From: Macrostomum lignano
Taxonomy: Eukaryota
Reading direction: 5' to 3'
Assembly (NCBI GenBank): GCA_002269645.1
Contig: NIVC01000305.1
Span: 372,001-436,000, forward strand
Length of the DNA stretch: 64,000 nucleotides
This document shows positions 57,323 through 64,000 of the stretch, piece by piece. The translations under genes were made by a program, and so were the position numbers. Numbering within the stretch: position 1 is the first letter of the stretch; each line of letters starts with the position of its first letter. The notes beneath the pieces were generated by a model. The model was not told the DNA's origin and did not search any database. It saw nothing but the letters and a program-made list of their open reading frames with translations.

Positions 57323-58642
57323 ATGCTGTGTAAAATATTCATTAAAGCTCTTGCTCTTGTCGCCTTGCTGACCACTGAATATCAGTTAGCAGCAGGTGCT
57401 GAAGACTACGAGGCCGAACTGTTGCACTACTTAAGGCACAACATCACCGGCTACAGCCCGACTCTCCGACCATTGCTGAATTCAAAGCAGACTGTCTTTG
57501 TGTCAGCAGACATTATAATTGGTCAGATAATCTCGGTTGACAGCTCAAAGCAAAGTGTAACAATTTCCGCAATTATCTCAGCCAGCTGGAGCAACGAGCG
57601 GTTAATCTGGGACCCGGCCAAGTTCGGCAACATCACCGTGATGGACTGGGACAGCAGTCAGCTCTGGTTCCCTGTTGTGGTCGTCTACAACGGCCTTGGA
57701 GACAACCAGCTGCTGAGTCCTCAGCTTCCGACATTCATCACGTCAGTGTCGCCCAACAGATCTACAGTGTCCACCGGCTGGATCGGGCAGTGGGAGTTCT
57801 CCTGCAAGTTTAACATGAATCGGTTTCCGTTCGATCGGCACTCCTGCGAGATGGAGCTGTTTGCGAATGACCAGAGCCGCGGGTTGCCCAGCACTGTTAT
57901 AAAGAAAGGGGTCATTTCTACTGATGCGCCATCGGAGCCAACGGAGTACAACAATAAGGGTGCCTATAGGACCAATGGCGAATGGAACTTGGTCAACTTG
58001 ACCACTTATATAAAGAAAATACCCTATGAGGTGCTTAAGGGAGCATCAAAGGTTAATCTGTCTACGTTGGCTTTGCACATGGAGCTCGAGCGAGTGCCCA
58101 CTTACTACATTTTGAGCGTAATGACCCCCCTGCTGCTGCTCACGCTGCTCCAGGTGCTCGTCTTCTTCGTTCCCGTTGAGTCTGGAGAGAAGCTGGGCTT
58201 CGGCATCACAATCATGCTGAGCTACACGGTGTTTCTGCTGCTGCTGGACGGCCTGCTGCCCAAGTCGCAGTCGATGCCGGCCGTGGCGTCGTTCATCACG
58301 GCGGCCATGGTGCTGTCGACGTCGTCTCTGCTGCTGACGTCGGTGTCGATTCGGTTCCACTTCGCTGCGGAGTCTCAGCCGATGCCGTCGTGTCTTCGGT
58401 TCGTGTTCGTGAGCTGCCTGGGCCGCGCGATGCTGTGCGGTGAGAGGCGAGGCGGCGGCAGGACGGCGCCTGAGGAAGACGCCGACGACGCTGTGGTGAG
58501 AAAGGCGGGCGACGACGGCGAGAAGCGCTCGGACTGGAAAGCAGCTTCAACCGCCGTGGAGCGGTGCATGATTGTCGTAGGCTTGCCAATCACCGCAGCG
58601 CTTTTGATCGCTTTGGTCGCGGTTCCTTTTGCTGAATTTTGA
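57323..58642 (+). CDS. Intronless Cys-loop ligand-gated ion channel, divergent nAChR-like; copy 6 (C-type, intact)
   Basis: 439-aa ORF with signal peptide, Cys-loop CKFNMNRFPFDRHSC, GEK motif and four TM segments. Confidence 0.92.
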   Translation: MLCKIFIKALALVALLTTEYQLAAGAEDYEAELLHYLRHNITGYSPTLRPLLNSKQTVFVSADIIIGQIISVDSSKQSVTISAIISASWSNERLIWDPAKFGNITVMDWDSSQLWFPVVVVYNGLGDNQLLSPQLPTFITSVSPNRSTVSTGWIGQWEFSCKFNMNRFPFDRHSCEMELFANDQSRGLPSTVIKKGVISTDAPSEPTEYNNKGAYRTNGEWNLVNLTTYIKKIPYEVLKGASKVNLSTLALHMELERVPTYYILSVMTPLLLLTLLQVLVFFVPVESGEKLGFGITIMLSYTVFLLLLDGLLPKSQSMPAVASFITAAMVLSTSSLLLTSVSIRFHFAAESQPMPSCLRFVFVSCLGRAMLCGERRGGGRTAPEEDADDAVVRKAGDDGEKRSDWKAASTAVERCMIVVGLPITAALLIALVAVPFAEF

Positions 58643-59636
58643 ATCCGCTTTATTTGCCCCTCTTGAGAGCAGCAAATATTAATTGATAGACCATAGCAAA
58701 CATGTTTATCAAGCACCTGATGAGCTTAAAGATCTTAAGTGTTGTCTCTAGTTTAATGCTTTACAATCTGTCATGACTCACAAATGCTACTATTCAAAAG
58801 CTATTAATCAACTATCTCGGATATTTATTTGTCTTTGGACTAAAAATATGTTTTATGCCCATACTATGACATTAATCTTCTGATTCGATAGTGTCATTTT
58901 ATGATTCAATGTTTTATTTTTTTCTTTGGATTTATGAGTACAAGGCTACCGTTATAGCTTAGGGGCTGTCTGGTGGCTAATAAAAGGTCAAATAAAGTAA
59001 CTCTATGCATTAATTTTGTTGCAAATATTTATTAAGTGATCTGTGCGATTACTGAAAGGGTTGTGATGTATGAATTTAATGAACTTTACAAATTCGGGTC
59101 GCTTTCACAAGACGAAACTAAACTTCATAACACAGAAATTTCACAACGACGAAAAATACCGCGCGGCACTTCATGAGACCGAAATTTCACATCATAGAAA
59201 ACCTAATAAAACAAGGACCATGCAGAATTTTGGCCGTTGTGAAGCTTCGGTCTTGTGAAGTTTCAGTCTTGTGAAGCTTCGGTCTTGTGAAGTTTCGGTC
59301 TTGTGAAGCTTCGGTCTTGTGAAGCTTCGGTCTTGTGAAGTTTCGGTCTTGTGAAGCTTCGGTCTTGTGAAGTTTCTTGTGAATTTTACTTGATTGTGGC
59401 GATTGCCAGAAGTGATCACCAGGTACATGTATGTCATCAACAAGGCATGCATGTTTGGTCTCGCAGTTTTGCTCATTTTTATTTTGTTAGTGTGATAACG
59501 CTGATACCTTCATTACCTAGTGTTTTCTAGAACTTTCCAGACTTTCCAACAGTGCCTTCAAAACCGAAACAAAACTAAACAAACTTGATGAAGGTCTATT
59601 TTAGCCACTGTATAAACAAAGGCATCAGCATACTAA

Positions 59637-61607
59637 CCGAGAGACAGTGGCGCACACCGAGAGACAGTGGCGCACACCGAGAGACAGTGGCGCACACCTA
59701 GAGACAGTGGCGCACACCGAGAGACAGTGGCGCACACCGAGAGACAGTGGCGCACACCGAGAGACAGTGCCGCACACCAAGAGACAGTGCCGCACACCGA
59801 GAGACAGTGCCGCACACCGAGAGACAGTGGCGCACGTGGCGCACACCGAGAGACAGTGGCGCACACCGAGAGACAGTGGCGCACACCTAGAGACAGTGAC
59901 GCACACCGAGAGACAGTGGCGCACACCGAGAGACAGTGGCGCACACCGAGAGACAGTGGCGCACACCGAGAGACAGTGGCGCACACCGAGAGACAGTGCC
60001 GCACACCGAGAGACAGTGGCGCACACCAAGAGACAGTGGGCACACCAAGAGACAGTGGTGCACACCAAGAGACAGTGGTGCACACCAAGAGACAGTGACG
60101 AACACCGAGAGACAGTGCCGCACACCAAGAGACAGTGGCGCACACCGAGAGACAGTGGCGCACACCGAAAGACAGTGACGCACACCGAGAGACAGTGCCG
60201 CACACCGAGAGACAGTGCCGCACACCAAGAGACAGTGGTGCACACCAAGAGACAGTGGTGCACACCAAGAGACAGTGGCGCACACCGAGAGACAGTGATG
60301 CACACCGAGAGACAGTGCCGCACACCAAGAGACAGTGGTGCACACCAAGAGACAGTGGCGCACACCGAGAGACAGTGGCGCACACCGAGAGACATTGGCA
60401 CACACCAAGAGACAGTGGCGCACACCGAGAGACAGTGGCGCACACCGAGAGACAGTGCCGCACACCGAGAGACAGTGCCGCACACCTAGAGACAGTGCCG
60501 CACACCAAGAGACAGTGGTGCACACCAAAAGACAGTGGTGCACACCAAGAGACAGTGGCGCACACCGAGAGACAGTGGTGCACACCAAGAGACAGTGGCG
60601 CACACCGAGAGACAGTGGTGCACACCAAGAGACAGTGGCGCACACCGAGAGACAGTGGCGCACACCTAGAGACAGTGGCGCACACCTAGAGACAGTGGCG
60701 CACACCGAGAGACATTGGAACACACCAAGAGACAGTGGTGCACACCAAGAGACAGTGATCCACACCGAGAGACAGTGGCGCACACCTAGAGACAGTGGCG
60801 CACACCGAGAGACATTGGCACACACCAAGAGACAGTGGTGCACACCAAGAGACAGTGATCCACACCGAGAGACAGTGGCGCACACCTAGAGACAGTGGCG
60901 CATACCGAGAGACAGTGGTGCACACCTAGAGACAGTGGCGCACACCAAGAGACAGTGCCGCACACCTAGAGACAGTGCCGCACACCAAGAGACAGTGGTG
61001 CACACCAAGAGACAGTGACGAACACCGAGAGACAGTGGTGCACACCAAGAGACAGTGCCGCACACCGAGAGACAGTGGTGCACACCAAGAGACAGTGGTG
61101 CACACCAAGAGACAGTGACGCACACCGAGAGACAGTGCCGCACACCAAGAGACAGTGGCGCACACCGAGAGACAGTGGCGCACACCGAGAGACAGTGCCG
61201 CACACCAAGAGACAGTGGTGCACACCAAGAGACAGTGGCGCACACCGAGAGACAGTGCCGCACACCGAGATACAGTGATGCACACCGAGAGACAGTGCCG
61301 CACACCAAGAGACAGTGGTGCACACCAAGAGACAGTGGCGCACACCGAGAGACAGTGGCGCACACCAAGAGACAGTGGCGCACACCGAGAGACAGTGGCG
61401 CACACCGAGAGACAGTGCCGCACACCGAGAGACAGTGGCGCACACCGAGAGACAGTGCCGCACACCGAGAGACAGTGGCGCACACCAAGAGACAGTGGCG
61501 CACACCGAGAGACAGTGGCGCACACCGAGAGACAGTGCCGCACACCGAGAGACAGTGGCGCACACCAAGAGACAGTGCCGCACACCGAGAGACAGTGCCG
61601 CACACCT
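59637..61607. repeat. 20-bp minisatellite, ~2 kb
   Basis: Unit CACACCGAGAGACAGTGGCG. Confidence 0.97.
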
Positions 61608-62130
61608 AAATACACGCGACTGAATTCGTTGTAAAGAAGAGATGTGCCGCTTTAGAATAACACCAAAGTTGTGCTTGCAACTGCTACTGATTTTGCTCTG
61701 TGATTAAAAGTGTCAGGACTTTGCGGAGACCCCTCTTATATTTAAATTCGATCCACATAACTAAAATTTATCGCGCGCGCCATACCTAGTGTAATGTTAC
61801 AGTTTGGTATAATTCGCAGAAGCTTCTAGAAAGTTCCGGTTGGACTATTTTCTATGTACGACGTATAAGTATACGGTACGTGTCTTCACGATTTTCAAGT
61901 TACTTTTCTCTTACGGGAGACTCAACAATAAAACAAAAACCACTGCCTCGCTCTGCTTTATTCTCTTCATCGCTGCTATACCAGCACTGCTGATCCAGGA
62001 AACCGAGCTGCCATTGTTGATAAGGGAGGCTGTTCTACATGACCAGGGGGCACATTACAAGTTAGGTAGTTAGATTCCAAGATAAAATTAACATTTTACA
62101 CTTTCTACTTTTTAAAAGTAGACTTTAGAA

Positions 62131-62195
62131 CAGGGTTCGGCAAACTCCGGCTCGAGGACCGCATGCAGCCTGCGAAGCATCCGGCCCTCGGGTCC
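62131..62195 (+). mobile_element. hAT (Charlie-like) terminus fragment
   Basis: CAGGGTTCGGCAAACTCCGGCTCGAGGACCGCATGCAGCC resembles Charlie-type left ends and follows CTTTAGAA. No partner end found. Confidence 0.4.
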
Positions 62196-62844
62196 TTTGA
62201 AACTTGACAAGCAATTCGGTCCCGCTCAAGGTTTGTGTCGCTTTGCAGCTCTCCTCTAATAATCTCTTCTCTGTAATAAATCTCTTATCTGTAACAAATC
62301 TCTTCTCTATTAAGTCTCCTCTCTAATAATCTTTTCTCTTCCTTCTCTCCTCTTCTCTTTTTTCTCTTCTCTTCACTTCTTTCACTTCTCTTCCCCTCTC
62401 GCTTTTCTCCTCTCTCTGCTCTCTCTTCTCTCGTCGCTACTCTCCTCTCTCGTCTCTACTCTCTTCTCTCTCCTCTCTCGTCTCTACTCTCTTCTCTCCT
62501 CTCTCCTCTCTCGTCTCTCGTCTCTACTCTCCTCTCTCGTCTCTACTCTCTTCTCTCTCCTCTCTCGTCTCTACTCTCTTCTCTCCTCTCTCCTCTCTCG
62601 TCTCTACTCTCTTCTCTCCTCTCTCGTCTCTCGTCTCTACTCTCTACTATCTTGCCTCCTCTTTTCCTCTGACTCTCTTCCCTATCCCCTCCTCTATCTG
62701 GCAGTCATGCACTATGACTAAATTCTCTACCCTAGAAAAAAAACAAGCCAAACTTGCTAAGTACTTGGTAAGTCAACAATGCAACCTCGTGGCAAGTACC
62801 GCCTAAGTACTTTCTAAGTTTTCCAAGTACACTCAATAAGTATT

Positions 62845-63325
62845 TTCCAAGTATGCAATGTTTTCTCCAGTCACTTCTCAAATACTTTCCAAGTATGCAA
62901 TGTTTTCTCCAGTCACTTCTCAAATACTTTCCAAGTATGCAATGTTTTCTCCAGTCACTTTTCAAATACTTTCCAAGTATGCAATGTTTTCTCCAGTCAC
63001 TTCTCAAGTACTTTCCAAGTATGCAATGTTTTCTCCAGTCACTTCTCAAGTACTTTCCAAGTATGCAATGTTTTCTCCAGTCACTTCTCAAGTACTTTCC
63101 AAGTATGCAATGTTTTCTCCAGTCACTTCTCAAATACTTTCCAAGTATGCAATGTTTTCTCCAGTCACTTTTCAAATACTTTCCAAGTATGCAATGTTTT
63201 CTCCAGTCACTTCTCAAGTACTTTCCAAGTATGCAATGTTTTCTCCAGTCACTTCTCAAGTACTTTCCAAGTATGCAATGTTTTCTCCAGTCACTTCTCA
63301 AGTACCTTCCAAGTATGCAATGTTC
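62845..63325. repeat. 42-bp minisatellite
   Basis: Unit TTCCAAGTATGCAATGTTTTCTCCAGTCACTTCTCAAATACT, about 11 copies. Confidence 0.95.
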
Positions 63326-64000
63326 ACAAGAGCTATAAATACTTATCACATTTCAAAGTGATTTAGGTGACTTAAAAATGTTGATACTCATACCATGGAC
63401 TTGCAAAAGTTACAAAGAACAAAAAATAATTCCATCATACAGAATTTCACTTGTTAAAGAAAAATTCAACAAGCAATTAGGAGCTTCAAAATAATTGTAA
63501 AGTGTACTGTTATATTGTATTCAAAGTATTGATGCACATAAAAGTTGCAACTTAACAAACTATTCAGATGATCACAGGCAGAAAAATGCAAGACAAAGAA
63601 AAAGCAGCATAAAAAATAAATAGCTTAGTCAGGTGCCAATTTTTTTGAACAAAATTAGTAAAAAATAGACAATTATACAGCTAACAAATCTTCATTGTGT
63701 TCAGCAGGTTTTTTAAATGTAGATGATGACATTTGTAGATGGTAGCATAAATGGAGATTTAAGTGAATATGAATAATTATATTTCACAAAAAAATTAAAC
63801 CATGTAAATTTTACCCAGGTAATAGTTCTTAATCTAAAGAAATGCTAAGTAAATGCACTTTATAATATAATTACTATTTTGAGACTAATAGCAATCTTTT
63901 TTGAATGTAATCAATAAGTCTTTAAATATTTTTATAGAGATATTATAAAATGTAGAAAATATTGAAATCTAAATATATTCCAAACAAAAATATTACTTTG

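Noticed and set aside
59625-61634. Many long overlapping ORFs (also at 4060-5638, 7463-7999, 8450-9214, 19623-20427, 21659-22514, 62732-63361)
   Set aside because: All are translations of tandem repeats, open in several frames on both strands, with no coding signature.

Overview
Intron-rich, minisatellite-laden animal genomic DNA. The organism is not determinable from sequence alone, but huge GC-rich intronic minisatellites, a retained DNMT3 and expanded divergent nAChR-like genes fit a lophotrochozoan such as the flatworm Macrostomum (inference). Left half: three spliced genes rebuilt by hand from GT-AG junctions with consistent phases. They are a DNMT3-type DNA methyltransferase (minus strand, PWWP-ADD-MTase, probably running off the left edge), a D-aspartate/D-amino-acid oxidase, and a high-affinity choline transporter SLC5A7 with a 1-bp frameshift. 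A possible two-exon orphan membrane protein follows. Right half (about 30.7-58.6 kb): a tandem array of six intronless Cys-loop channel genes in three ectodomain classes (A, B, C), lying in ~10.8-kb segmental duplications with LINE fragments, a MITE and a SINE. These receptors lack the acetylcholine-binding signature (no loop C Cys-Cys, no loop B or loop D Trp). Their ectodomains are strongly diverged, while their M1-M3 pore DNA is almost identical. One copy is an ectodomain/tail chimera and two are disrupted. This is the best candidate for an undescribed system: a rapidly recombining, possibly chemosensory receptor array reminiscent of cephalopod chemotactile receptors.
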